A stretch of 64,000 nucleotides of DNA from a virus: the IMG/VR virus record IMGVR_UViG_3300008108_000036, one strand, 5' to 3'. The translations under genes were made by a program, and so were the position numbers. The notes under the pieces are model-generated. The model saw only the letters and a program-made list of their open reading frames with translations. It was not told the origin of the DNA and searched no databases. Position 1 is the first letter of the stretch. Each line of letters begins with the position of its first letter. Positions 20,036-30,156 of the stretch are shown one piece after another.

Positions 20036-20722
20036 GTGAACTGCTTATATCTAATTCAAACGTCTGATGAATTACCTCATGCTCTCGCATGTTTAAAATC
20101 TAGGAATAAAATTATACTTTCTTGGAAAACCCAAACTGAGGACACCAACATATTTTTTCCTAATTCTACTTGGACTACAGGGAGAAATAAACTCAGAGAA
20201 TATGTGATTAATAATAATTTAACAGATTATGATTGGTATATATTTTTAGATTGGGATATTACTTTTACGAATTCTGAAATTACAGAATATAGTGCACGGC
20301 AAAACAACGGGTTCCGAGTTTATGAAAACACGTTAAACACAATCACGAATAATAAATTAGATTTTCAAATTTGCCTACCTTGGCTTGCAGATTATCATCC
20401 ACAAACTCCACCTAAAGATAAAAATGAAGAGTTAACAAGAATTGAGTTCTGGTTTGATGCTATCTTTAACGGTTTTTCTAATGAAATATTTTTCGGAGAT
20501 AAAATTTTTCCATATGATCCAACTTATGATTCAGATTCTTGGTGGACATCTCAATATATTTTACTGCTTTACTGTAAGTGGCAAAACATTAAAGTTGCTA
20601 GAATAAATAATTTAAAGATTAAAAATCCAGTACACTCAAATTATCCACGAAAATGGAATTTCGATGATGTTCGTACCGAAATACAAGAAAAGTTCGAAAA
20701 ACGTTTTTTCAAAATTAACTAA
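20036..20722 (+). CDS. putative glycosyltransferase-like protein
   Basis: STWTTGRN, YIFLDWD (DxD). Confidence 0.55.
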   Translation: MNCLYLIQTSDELPHALACLKSRNKIILSWKTQTEDTNIFFPNSTWTTGRNKLREYVINNNLTDYDWYIFLDWDITFTNSEITEYSARQNNGFRVYENTLNTITNNKLDFQICLPWLADYHPQTPPKDKNEELTRIEFWFDAIFNGFSNEIFFGDKIFPYDPTYDSDSWWTSQYILLLYCKWQNIKVARINNLKIKNPVHSNYPRKWNFDDVRTEIQEKFEKRFFKIN

Positions 20723-21156
20723 AATGCAACTGGCTTTAGTGATGTAGAGGAAACTGAGCCTTAAATCGGCTTTGTTGCGGATTTTGGTGCAAATACTTTA
20801 ATATCTCCGTTAATAGCCTACTGCTACGTTAGCATGCAAGAATACTGATAAGGCATCCAAAAACAAATCATTAACGGTTAAATTTTAGCTATATTATTAA
20901 TTCTCTTTTTAATATAGTAAAGTTACTTGAAGTCCGTAAATTGAGAGAGCCTTCTTTAGTTACGGTAAAGTTGATAAAACTTGCTGAAACTTGCTGAAAC
21001 TAGAAAAACAACATCAAATATTTTATTAAACTGATAAACAACATAATCTCTTTTTTGTTAGGTGGTTTACGTTAATAGTTGTAGCTAACCTCGATCATCT
21101 GATATTGTCTAACCTATTTACATCGAGTGAACATAAGAGAAATTTTTTCTACAACT

Positions 21157-21393
21157 TTAAACATGAACAATGGTTCCATTTTCTTCTGCTTTTTTTGCAA
21201 TAGCATCAATAAGAGGAGCGAAGTTGAATTCATTACTTTCCTGAAAATAAATTTTAAAACGACCGTATGGAGTTTTATATCTATCGGTTTCCTTTAAAGC
21301 TTTTATATAGCACTTCATTAATTTCTTATGGAGTCTCTTTTGACTTGAGTTTTTACTCCACGCTTTTATTCTTTTAAAGAAATGTTTAAACAT
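21157..21393 (-). CDS. hypothetical protein
   Basis: TTGACA upstream on the minus strand (~21421-21426). Confidence 0.55.
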   Translation of the reverse strand: MFKHFFKRIKAWSKNSSQKRLHKKLMKCYIKALKETDRYKTPYGRFKIYFQESNEFNFAPLIDAIAKKAEENGTIVHV

Positions 21394-21429
21394 ATAATCA
21401 ATTACTTTAAATATTTATAATGTCAACAA

Positions 21430-21978
21430 AATGAGCCTGGTTGAGGCTGCTTTGGCTGCCGGGTATTTGACCCGCTGGACGCCAGCTTCTCACTTAGCCC
21501 TGCCTAATCGGGACCAGTAAATTAAATCAGCCAGGGTACCCGGCATTATAAGAATCTCTAACGATCAACTTAGCACATATTCTATCAGCCGCTGACTGTA
21601 TGGAAGAAGGAAGTCAGATTCTTTGTAAGACGTTCTTAGCATTTTATGCTAACCCCGAAAGACTTTTCCCTTCACGCATTCGGCAACTCCGCAACTACCT
21701 TTTAGTAGTTTTCCATAAATGCTTAACCCTCTCATCGACAAATAAAACAGAGGCTTGGCTTTTCTCTGACGGACCATTTTCAGCCGTCCAAGCGTGTCGT
21801 CTCTACGTATGTAAAAGAGCAGAGGTCAATTGGTAATACAAGTCGCGCTTTGCAGTTCTGTGACTACAAAGGAGAGGGTCAAATTTGTTTGTCAAAGATC
21901 AAAATTTTGCAGGTTTAATCGGCCAAGATCTCTTAGCCCTGCCAGAGAAACCTGCAACTGGCGGCGTCTTTAAGACTA
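21430..21978 (-). ncRNA. candidate large (~550 nt) structured ncRNA
   Basis: GC-rich island; helices 21457-65/21537-45, 21726-33/21872-79, 21907-16/21948-57, end-to-end 21480-87/21956-63; G-U pairs favour the minus strand; ATAAATA at 21984-21990 (-). Confidence 0.6.
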
Positions 21979-22050
21979 AAATTTATTTATGTAAATTACA
22001 ATAAAAAAATTTAAAATCAACTAAAGTTCAATAATATGTTAAGTATTTAA

Positions 22051-22239
22051 ATGAAATCAAGAGAGAAACATTTAGAAAATATATTAAACGAATTATCTAA
22101 AAAATTTGAAGAAGTTTGTACTGAGCATTCTTTGTGCAAGCTGGAATTAAATTTATTAAAAAAAGAATGTGAGGACTTACATAACAGAATTATTGATTAT
22201 CAATTAAATTCAGGCACTGCTCTCAACAAAGTTAATTAA
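22051..22239 (+). CDS. small coiled-coil protein
   Basis: TTAAGTA 5 nt upstream; N-terminus weakly tag-like. Confidence 0.6.
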   Translation: MKSREKHLENILNELSKKFEEVCTEHSLCKLELNLLKKECEDLHNRIIDYQLNSGTALNKVN

Positions 22240-22248
22240 AATTTTTAT

Positions 22249-23028
22249 ATGAATGATTTTTCTGACTATATACCTCCAAAACCAAAAGGTCCGTTTCAAT
22301 TAAATGATTTCGCTGTTGTAAAAAATTTTATTCCTAAAGGAGTACAAACGAAAAGTAGTGCTGCACATATAGGAAAAATGGGAACTGTAATTGGATATAA
22401 AAACGTTCCAGGATCTTATTCAAAGTATCTATTGCAGTTCGAAAATGGAGAAAAAAATGCTTATATGCCGAGCTTTTTAAAGGGGCCGTTTGCGAGTAAG
22501 GAAACGGCGCAAAAATATGTAGATGATCCAAATAAATTAATAGAACCTAAAGACATTAGAACAGCAGCTGTTGTATTTGACGACTGGGAAACAAATCAAA
22601 AATTAGAACTAAAACTTAAGAATATACTAACTGATGAATTTTTCTTTAATTGGTTTGATGAACCTTTAATAGCGAAAAGTTCATTCCCAAATGTGATAGC
22701 CTTCAAGCTTGCTGAGTTGCCTGGTTACCCTTATATTAATTTAAAAAGAAGACATTCAGAAAACACAAGACGATTGAAGGGAAATGATAGCAGCTCGAGA
22801 CATGCTACTGGATACGTACTCGACATGCCTTCATTTCATGCATTGAAAAGTGAGAGCTTAGATGGCGCTTGCATTGTTTCTGCTCCTTTGGGGGAACTAG
22901 ATGGTTCAACTCATTGGCGTCATTTTTTTGATGAAGAATATTTAAATGCTTACAAAAAATTTTTTAGTAGAATTCTAAAAGTAAAAGAGCTCGAACAAAA
23001 ACTTCCGGAATTGCAAGGATTATTTTAA
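22249..23028 (+). CDS. C-tagged protein with KOW/SH3-like N-domain shared with 49969..51465
   Basis: G.VIGY..YLLQFENG..LKGPF..KE.A.KY; ends QKLPELQGLF*. Confidence 0.8.
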   Translation: MNDFSDYIPPKPKGPFQLNDFAVVKNFIPKGVQTKSSAAHIGKMGTVIGYKNVPGSYSKYLLQFENGEKNAYMPSFLKGPFASKETAQKYVDDPNKLIEPKDIRTAAVVFDDWETNQKLELKLKNILTDEFFFNWFDEPLIAKSSFPNVIAFKLAELPGYPYINLKRRHSENTRRLKGNDSSSRHATGYVLDMPSFHALKSESLDGACIVSAPLGELDGSTHWRHFFDEEYLNAYKKFFSRILKVKELEQKLPELQGLF

Positions 23029-23032
23029 TATT

Positions 23033-23386
23033 ATGGAAACATATAATTTACAACTTAGCTGTCCTTCAATACTTTCCGCTCCTCAATTAGCTCAAATTTG
23101 GCTAAAAAATATTTTTAATTCTGGATTAAATCAAGCTTTGTTAAAACGCTATGGTTTGCAGCATAAAATAACCAACGACGACGAAAATGGTCCGGTGTTG
23201 GTTGTTTATAATATAAACGAGCAAGATTTTGATAAAATATCAAATTCGTTGTTGTTTAATATTTCGAAGCAAATATCTCCTTCCCAAATTCAACAATATA
23301 TTTCTGCAGAAGATATACAAATTGAAAAAAAGCGTAATTTTGATGAATTAATAAAGAAATTACCAGAATTGAAAGGGATATTTTAA
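23033..23386 (+). CDS. C-tagged hypothetical protein
   Basis: ends KKLPELKGIF*. Confidence 0.8.
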   Translation: METYNLQLSCPSILSAPQLAQIWLKNIFNSGLNQALLKRYGLQHKITNDDENGPVLVVYNINEQDFDKISNSLLFNISKQISPSQIQQYISAEDIQIEKKRNFDELIKKLPELKGIF

Positions 23387-23484
23387 ATACTATCAACAAC
23401 TTCAAAAGCGTCAGAATAATTCTTGTAAAACCATTCTCCTAATACTCCAGCTTGACAGTTTCCGTAAAACAAGATTTTTCTCAT
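23383..23484 (-). pseudogene. truncated WcbI-like gene N-terminus
   Basis: MRKILFYGNCQAGVLGEWFYKNYSDAFEVVDSI*; DNA duplicated at ~28755-28797. Confidence 0.6.
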
Positions 23485-23549
23485 TAATTTTAATTAAGTA
23501 ATATAATGGTTCGGTTATTCTATTTAAATACAAACGTTTTTAAATTTAA

Positions 23550-24250
23550 ATGAAAAACGCTATCCTTATTCATCTTCATCATCAAGATATTTATGGCCTG
23601 AGTTTTGGTCATATTTAAAAAACATTAAAAACGAAAATACAGATATTTACGCTACTGTTCACACAATAGGCACAGAATGGTATGATGATATCAAAACTAA
23701 CTCTACAGAAGTTTTTCTGATAGAAAATAAAGGAATGGATTTTGGTGGGTTTTTATATGCTTATAACAAAATAAAACATATAGATTATAAATCGATAATA
23801 AAATTGCATAGCAAAAAACGACACGCGTATTTTTCACTTTCGCCAGATGAATGGAGAAAAAAATTATATAACTGTTTGATTTTTTCAAAACGTGCATTTG
23901 AAAACGTGACGTCTATGTTTAAATCGAATAATAGATTGTATATGTATGGTTCCAAACGATGTTATAGAAATGAACCATATAATCACCTATGGGTGAAACA
24001 AAATACTCCAGCGATCGATGCTGTAAATGGCATATTGAATTTAAATACTTTGTCGGAATATAAATTCATAGCAGGAAGTATGTTTGCCGTTTCAAAAACC
24101 TATTTAGAATTATTATTTAACAATAAAGAAATGGATATATATAACATATTGCAGCCATATGCCCCCAATAATGGATCTGTAGCTCATGGTTTAGAAAGAT
24201 TGATCGGTGCTAACGTAGATGCTTTTGGAGGAATTATAGAATTAATATGA
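23550..24250 (+). pseudogene. RgpF (rhamnan synthesis F)-like gene with early +2 frameshift; paralog of 26616..27311
   Basis: MKNAILIHLHHQD then gat[at]ttatggcct shift; DFGGF, IKLHSKK, FIAGSMF, AHGLERL. Confidence 0.7.
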
Positions 24251-24912
24251 AAACATTGGATCAAATAGCAATTGAGACAAAAACAGACAAAAGCTCGCAT
24301 GAACACAACTATTGTGTTAAATATGAAAAGTATTTGCCTTTCAAAAGAGATCGAGAAATAAAAATATTAGAAATCGGAGTGTTTAATGGCTCTTCAATAA
24401 ATATGTGGAGGGAATATTACTGCAATTCTTATGTTGTGGGAATAGACATTGATTCTTCCTGTACAAAATACGAAAAAATTGAAAATAATTTGTTTGTGGA
24501 AATAGGTTCACAAATTGATAGTATATTCTTAAGCAAAGTAATAGAAAAGCACGGTCCGTTTGATTTAATCATTGATGATGGTTCTCACATGCAGAGTCAT
24601 ATGATTTTTTCTTTTGAAAAATTATTTCCAGCACTTAAAAATTCAGGGGTATATATTGTTGAGGATACAAGCTGTTCTTACTGGAATGAACATGGAGGCG
24701 GACTAAATAGATCAAATTCTTCTGTAGAATATTTCAAATCCCTTGTAGATCATGTTAATTTTTTTGGTCAGAAATTAAAAGGCGATAACTGGAATTGGAG
24801 AAGAGAAGATTATCACATTGAACGACTAAAAACATATAACCCACACCAATGCAGAATAGATATAGAGTCTATTAATTTTTTAAATAGTACTATTTTAATT
24901 ACAAAAAGATGA
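24247..24912 (+). CDS. class I SAM-dependent (sugar O-) methyltransferase
   Basis: TDK..H.Y, ILEIGV..G.S, DLIIDDGSH, GVYIVED. Confidence 0.85.
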   Translation: MKTLDQIAIETKTDKSSHEHNYCVKYEKYLPFKRDREIKILEIGVFNGSSINMWREYYCNSYVVGIDIDSSCTKYEKIENNLFVEIGSQIDSIFLSKVIEKHGPFDLIIDDGSHMQSHMIFSFEKLFPALKNSGVYIVEDTSCSYWNEHGGGLNRSNSSVEYFKSLVDHVNFFGQKLKGDNWNWRREDYHIERLKTYNPHQCRIDIESINFLNSTILITKR

Positions 24913-25005
24913 AAAATTCTTCTCCATCTTCACTATCAAGATCTTTCTACCATCATTAAAATTAATGGAATCCCTTTGATTAGTTTTGTATAAATAAGTA
25001 TTATA

Positions 25006-25710
25006 ATGAAAGTTGCTACAATTGTTTTTACCTATGGGAAAGCAGAAGAAGTTGTAAAAAGACATCTACCTATTTGGAAGGCATACACAGATGAGCTTAT
25101 GATTGTGTCACCAACAAATGATCCGTGCATAGTCGAAAATATAGACTGTTTAACTCATTCTAAAAGCCAACAATTAGGGCAATTTTCTTTGAGCAGACAA
25201 CTGTTTGGGCTGATTGCAGCTTTGGGTTATAACGCAAATCAATATGTTTTTTTAGAGTATGATGCAATAATGCTCAGAAGACCAGAGCCAAGGCCGATAA
25301 TACAAGGTAATCTTTTTAATCAAAACATTTTTGTTGAACGACAAGAAGAATGGATGAGACAAGGGCATTGTTTTCTTCATTTTCCTTGGATATTTCCAGC
25401 TGACAAATTAAAGTATTTTGTTGATAGAGTTGAGCTGGATCTAAACGATGGTGTTAGTCAAGATATATGGTTGATACAAAAAATTATGGATTTAAACATG
25501 GAAGTTCATAACTTGCTAGGATTGACTCCGACTTCTCCAAATGGAACGGGGGAGGGATTTTCTCAAAACAATATTGATACACCTCAACGAATAGAAAACG
25601 CAGTATATCATGTTAAAAGCGGAGCATACGCTTTACATGGAATAAAAACAAAAGAAGTATTAGAAAAAATATTAGAAGCAGCTAATCAAACTCATTTGTT
25701 ACAATCTTAA
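25006..25710 (+). CDS. putative glycosyltransferase-like protein, paralog of 25830..26552
   Basis: VFLEYDA; near-identical 3' DNA with paralog; TATAAATA upstream. Confidence 0.65.
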   Translation: MKVATIVFTYGKAEEVVKRHLPIWKAYTDELMIVSPTNDPCIVENIDCLTHSKSQQLGQFSLSRQLFGLIAALGYNANQYVFLEYDAIMLRRPEPRPIIQGNLFNQNIFVERQEEWMRQGHCFLHFPWIFPADKLKYFVDRVELDLNDGVSQDIWLIQKIMDLNMEVHNLLGLTPTSPNGTGEGFSQNNIDTPQRIENAVYHVKSGAYALHGIKTKEVLEKILEAANQTHLLQS

Positions 25711-25741
25711 CTTATTAAAGATGCTCTAAAATGATAGAAAA

Positions 25742-25774
25742 AACCTCCCGAAATTAGAAGGAATATTTGTATAA
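25742..25774 (+). pseudogene. orphan C-tag remnant (NLPKLEGIFV*)
   Basis: intergenic aacctcccgaaattagaaggaatatttgtataa. Confidence 0.6.
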
Positions 25775-25829
25775 ACAAATATAATTATTCTAAATAAATA
25801 TATTTCAATTTCATAAAAATAGTTTCGTC

Positions 25830-26552
25830 ATGTATAATGTAACAACAACAGTATTTGCTCACGGAGACGCAATTGAAACAATTAATAGGCACTTGCCTAT
25901 TTGGAAGGCTTATACAGATAACCTTTTAATTGTTTCTCCTAAAGATAATCCTTGTATACTAAATGAAATTGATTGTCTTTCTATTGAAAAAAAACAACAC
26001 AATGGCCCTCACACTTTATCTAGACATTTGTTTGCCATGAAAGCTGCTCTCGGTTATAATTCAGATGTTTATGTGTTTTTGGAGTATGATGCGATAATGC
26101 TTAGAAGACCAGAGCTAAGGCCGATAACACAAGGCAATCTTTTTCACGAGCGATTTTTTAACAGGAGAGACGAAAAATCAATCAAACAAGGGCATTGTTA
26201 TCTTCATTTTCCATGGATATTTCCAGCTGACAAATTAAAGCAGTTTGTGAAATATGTTGATTTATCTGTAGAAAATGATACACAAGATCGCATACGTTAC
26301 ATGCATGATGTATGGATAACACAAAAACTCATGAAATTAAACATGGAAGTTCATAACTTGTTAGGATTGACTCTTAATGCACCAAATGGAACGGGAGAGG
26401 GATTTTCTCGAAACTCTTTTGACACACCAGAATTAGTATCAGATGCAATATGTGCTGTTAAAAATGGAGCATATGCTTTACATGGAATAAAAACAAAAGA
26501 AGTATTAGAAAAAATATTAGAAGCTGCTGGACAACAACATTTTTTACAATGA
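25830..26552 (+). CDS. putative glycosyltransferase-like protein, paralog of 25006..25710
   Basis: shared RHLPIWKAYTD, LHFPWIFPADKL, GAYALHGIKTKEVLEKIL. Confidence 0.65.
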   Translation: MYNVTTTVFAHGDAIETINRHLPIWKAYTDNLLIVSPKDNPCILNEIDCLSIEKKQHNGPHTLSRHLFAMKAALGYNSDVYVFLEYDAIMLRRPELRPITQGNLFHERFFNRRDEKSIKQGHCYLHFPWIFPADKLKQFVKYVDLSVENDTQDRIRYMHDVWITQKLMKLNMEVHNLLGLTLNAPNGTGEGFSRNSFDTPELVSDAICAVKNGAYALHGIKTKEVLEKILEAAGQQHFLQ

Positions 26553-26615
26553 TTTTTGAGTACCCATCAACACCAATATGTGAAGATTTGTTTATAAGAA
26601 ACTTGAAAGATAAAA

Positions 26616-27311
26616 ATGAAAAATGTGATTCTTCTTCATCTCCATTATCAAGATCTATGGCCTGAGTTTTGGTCACATTTAAAAAATATTAAAGACGAGA
26701 ACCTAGATATTATTGCGACTGTCAATACTACTGAAACAGAGTTTTATAAAAACATTAAAGATAATGTAGATGAAGTTTTTTTAATAGAAAATAAAGGGGT
26801 AGATTTTGGTGGATTTATATACGCTTACAAGAAAATTAAAAGTAATTCTTACAAAACCGTAATTAAACTTCACGGTAAAAAAAGAAATAGTTATACCGGT
26901 TTGTGTGCAGAGGAGTGGAGAAAAACTTTATATAATCCTTTAATTCAAAAAGATTGTTATTATAATATGTTAAATTGTTTCGAAAAAGATGAAAAGATAT
27001 TTATGTATGGTTCAAAACGCTGCTTTAGAGAAGAATTAAAATCTCACCCTAATATTGTTGATAACACATCAGCTTTTATAAAAATAAACGACATTTTGGA
27101 TTTATCTGAATTTGAAAAATATGATTTTATAGCTGGTTCTATTTTTGCTGTGTCTAAAAATTATTTAAATGCGTTTTTTCAAAACAAAGAAATAGAAATT
27201 TACGAAATTATGGAAACACAGTTTCCAAACAACGGAACAATTGCTCATGGACTAGAAAGATTAATTGGATCTAATGTATCAGCTTTTGGAGGAAAAATAG
27301 AATTATTATGA
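26616..27311 (+). CDS. RgpF (rhamnan synthesis protein F)-like protein
   Basis: HLHYQDLWPEF, ENKGVDFGGF, KLHGKK, FIAGSIF, AHGLERL. Confidence 0.75.
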   Translation: MKNVILLHLHYQDLWPEFWSHLKNIKDENLDIIATVNTTETEFYKNIKDNVDEVFLIENKGVDFGGFIYAYKKIKSNSYKTVIKLHGKKRNSYTGLCAEEWRKTLYNPLIQKDCYYNMLNCFEKDEKIFMYGSKRCFREELKSHPNIVDNTSAFIKINDILDLSEFEKYDFIAGSIFAVSKNYLNAFFQNKEIEIYEIMETQFPNNGTIAHGLERLIGSNVSAFGGKIELL

Positions 27312-27937
27312 ATCTTTTAGAGCAAGTTACTTTAGTATTAGCTGATTCAGTTCAACCAGAGCTTGCTTTAAGAACAATCGAATACAATTCAAAGTTATTA
27401 AATTTTGGAAAGGTCAAGTTATTAACCAATAAAGATTTAAAAAGTAAGAATATTGAAATTATAACTAATACTGAAATTAATGATCGAGGGGAATATAGTT
27501 GTTTTATTTTAACTAAGCTACACGAGCACATTGATACGTCTCACTGTCTTATAATTCAAACTGATGGATTTATTATTAATCCTGATTTATGGAATTTTGA
27601 TTGGTTGGAATTTGATTATATAGGAGCACCATGGTACGGTGGTCTTGTTGGAAATGGAGGATTTAGCTTAAGAAGTAAGCGAATTTTAAAAATTTGCAGC
27701 ATCTTGTGTTCAGATAAAGGAAATTTATGTAATACTCATGAAGACAATGTAATATGTCGAGCTTTTAGAAAAGAATTAGAAGAAAATTATTGTATAAAAT
27801 TTGCACCGTTTGACATTGCCTCAAAATTTTCACAAGAATATTCCCTTGACAAAACAGAAACAGAATATAAAACTTTTGGTTTTCATGGAAAATTTGAGAA
27901 ATTTAAAAAATACATTAAACGAATTGAAGACAATTAA
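27308..27937 (+). CDS. DUF5672-like putative glycosyltransferase
   Basis: LIIQTDG, FDYIGAPW, VGNGGFSLRSK, ED, A.KFS.E, FGFHG. Confidence 0.8.
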   Translation: MNLLEQVTLVLADSVQPELALRTIEYNSKLLNFGKVKLLTNKDLKSKNIEIITNTEINDRGEYSCFILTKLHEHIDTSHCLIIQTDGFIINPDLWNFDWLEFDYIGAPWYGGLVGNGGFSLRSKRILKICSILCSDKGNLCNTHEDNVICRAFRKELEENYCIKFAPFDIASKFSQEYSLDKTETEYKTFGFHGKFEKFKKYIKRIEDN

Positions 27938-27938
27938 A

Positions 27939-27968
27939 AAATTACCAGAGCTTAAAAGGATATTCTAA
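27939..27968 (+). pseudogene. orphan C-tag remnant (KLPELKRIF*) just past the DUF5672 stop, out of frame
   Basis: aaattaccagagcttaaaaggatattctaa. Confidence 0.65.
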
Positions 27969-28009
27969 CACACGAAAATATTTCTAAATTTAATAGTAAA
28001 ATAATAAAA

Positions 28010-28835
28010 TTATTTATAGTATTCCTCAAAAGGATACAACAATATGGATTTATCTATTTCTCGTATGTTGTTTATTTGAGTCGGTATAACTATATTCGGA
28101 AAAATATTTTTACAAAAAGATATATTTGTTATATTGTAAATAACGTCTTTTGAAGGATATTCAATGGGTTTTAGTTTGTCTTGGTCTAGCTGTTCGTTAA
28201 TTAATTTAAAAAGTTTTGTTATAAGTTCTGACCAATATAATCCAATCGGATGTACCAAACAACAAATGCTTGCTCCAATGTTGTTCTATAAAGTCATTCA
28301 TTTCTAACACATTCTCATATCTTATTGAATTTTTTTCATGTCTAGACCGATTTCCGTCAAATGTTATTTTAAGTTGCTCAAAAAAAATTTCATGGAATTT
28401 GTTGTCATTGTTATTCAATAAATAGTTAATCATGACATTTTCTTGTTGAGAAATATTTTTATAAACGTACCGTAAAAAAGGAACAAAACTTCTGTGGCAT
28501 ATTGGATATGCGAAAAAACGCATATTGGGAATGCATATTTTTATTTGATCCTTAGCAATTTCCGAATACAGATATTCCATTTTAAGCTCATCGATTGTGG
28601 AATGTTCAATGTGCGTAAAAACGAGAATATCTGATTGTTTTATTTTTTCATGAATGCAGCGATAGTATTCGTGTTGATTCTTATTGTTTTCTGGTGAAAA
28701 TACAGCAAAGTTTTTTGTTGTTCCGCCAAATCCTTCCAATCCGCAGTCTCTGCAATCAACAACTTCAAAAGCGTCAGAATAATTATTGTGAAACCATATT
28801 AGACAAAAGTTTGTTTGTACACACAAAACATTCAT
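28010..28835 (-). pseudogene. frameshifted WcbI-like polysaccharide biosynthesis gene
   Basis: two overlapping ORFs join as ..KHLLFG/VHPIGLYWSEL; the GNCQ N-terminus survives only in the 23383-23484 copy. Confidence 0.55.
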
Positions 28836-28951
28836 TTTCTTCTAAAATTTTTTTAAGCATATCTTCATTAAGCGTAGTTGATATGAATAATTACTTAGGT
28901 GAACACAAAAAACCTATTATCTAGTCGTAAAAATCAAGAATGAATTAATTT

Positions 28952-29542
28952 GTGATGAATAACGATCAAAAATTATTAGAACTTCTTTACGAAAGCATTA
29001 CGGAAAATGCTGACTGTTTGCTTGATGAAGAACAGCTAATTGTTAATCAACTGTCTGAACGCATTGTAAAAGGTCTATATAAAACACTTGCTCCTCCAAA
29101 TCAATTTTATGGTTCTGAGTTTCTAGGAGTATTGTTTAACGCTAAATTAAATAAACTTTTTCTCAGCAAAATATTTTCACATACATCAGAACGACAACTC
29201 GAATCGATTTTTTATGTGTTTAATGAAATAATCCTTCATATATTATACAAATATCTCATACGAATAATCGGCATTGAAACTCCAAAAAGTGTTCGTTTTC
29301 AATCTTTAGAAGATTGGACGAATAGCGTAATTAGAGAAACAACAATTCCTTTTGATGATAAACAACAAGTACTACAAATGGTTAAAAAAACAATTAAAGA
29401 TGCCATTTTATATTTATATAAGGCAGGAGACCCAATACAAAAAAACAATAAAGGACATCCTGAATGGTATGAGTGGAGAAAAGAGAAATTAAAGTTCCAA
29501 GACATTCACAAAAAGTTACCAGAGCTTAAAGGAATATTTTAA
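28952..29542 (+). CDS. N+C-tagged protein (array 1/12), paralog of 33529
   Basis: MNNDQKLLELLYE ... WYEWRKEK..KKLPELKGIF*. Confidence 0.85.
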   Translation: MMNNDQKLLELLYESITENADCLLDEEQLIVNQLSERIVKGLYKTLAPPNQFYGSEFLGVLFNAKLNKLFLSKIFSHTSERQLESIFYVFNEIILHILYKYLIRIIGIETPKSVRFQSLEDWTNSVIRETTIPFDDKQQVLQMVKKTIKDAILYLYKAGDPIQKNNKGHPEWYEWRKEKLKFQDIHKKLPELKGIF

Positions 29543-29544
29543 AA

Positions 29545-30156
29545 ATGAAAGATAAAGATCATAAAAAGCTAGAGTTAATATACGAATCACTTAATGAGCC
29601 TTTTTATTTTATTAAAGAAGAAGAAATTTTCGTAAAAGAATGCGCTAAATATCTTGCTAAAAAAATTATTGAAACCGTAAAAACAAGACCAAAAGCCGTA
29701 CAAAAATATTTAGGATTTTCAATGTATGATATATTTTGGATATATGTACAAACATTTCATCATATTATTCCAGACGAAGTAATGGATAAAATAAATTTAA
29801 AACCACCTATAGCATATTGGTTCGATAATCTATATGAAGGATTTGTTATAAGGCCGTTAGCTCGAAGTATAACTGTAGACAAATTAAATGGCTTATGTCT
29901 TGTTATAAAAGATCCTTTTAATATAAAAAAACCTGAGGTTGTTCCAATAAAAGACGACAAAATACTTGCTAGTAAACTAGAAGACGCATTGAAGTATCGC
30001 ATTAAATTTGCATTTACAGACAATGAAACGATTAAAGACTTGAAGAGAGAAAGAGCTAACGGTAATTGGTGTGGAGAAGGATTTGCTTGGAGAGTGGAAC
30101 AAGCTAAATTTGGAAAGTTAATAGACAAGCTTCCGGAAATAGAAGGAGTATTTTAA
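29545..30156 (+). CDS. N+C-tagged protein (2/12), paralog of 31899
   Basis: MKDKDHKKLELIYE ... DKLPEIEGVF*. Confidence 0.85.
   Translation: MKDKDHKKLELIYESLNEPFYFIKEEEIFVKECAKYLAKKIIETVKTRPKAVQKYLGFSMYDIFWIYVQTFHHIIPDEVMDKINLKPPIAYWFDNLYEGFVIRPLARSITVDKLNGLCLVIKDPFNIKKPEVVPIKDDKILASKLEDALKYRIKFAFTDNETIKDLKRERANGNWCGEGFAWRVEQAKFGKLIDKLPEIEGVF

Noticed and set aside
21600-21836. 78-aa plus-strand ORF
   Set aside because: Lies inside the structured GC-rich element with atypical composition; likely spurious
21430-21980. RNase P RNA, tmRNA or group I intron
   Set aside because: No GAGGAAAGUCC, no tRNA-like ends/CCA, no interrupted host gene
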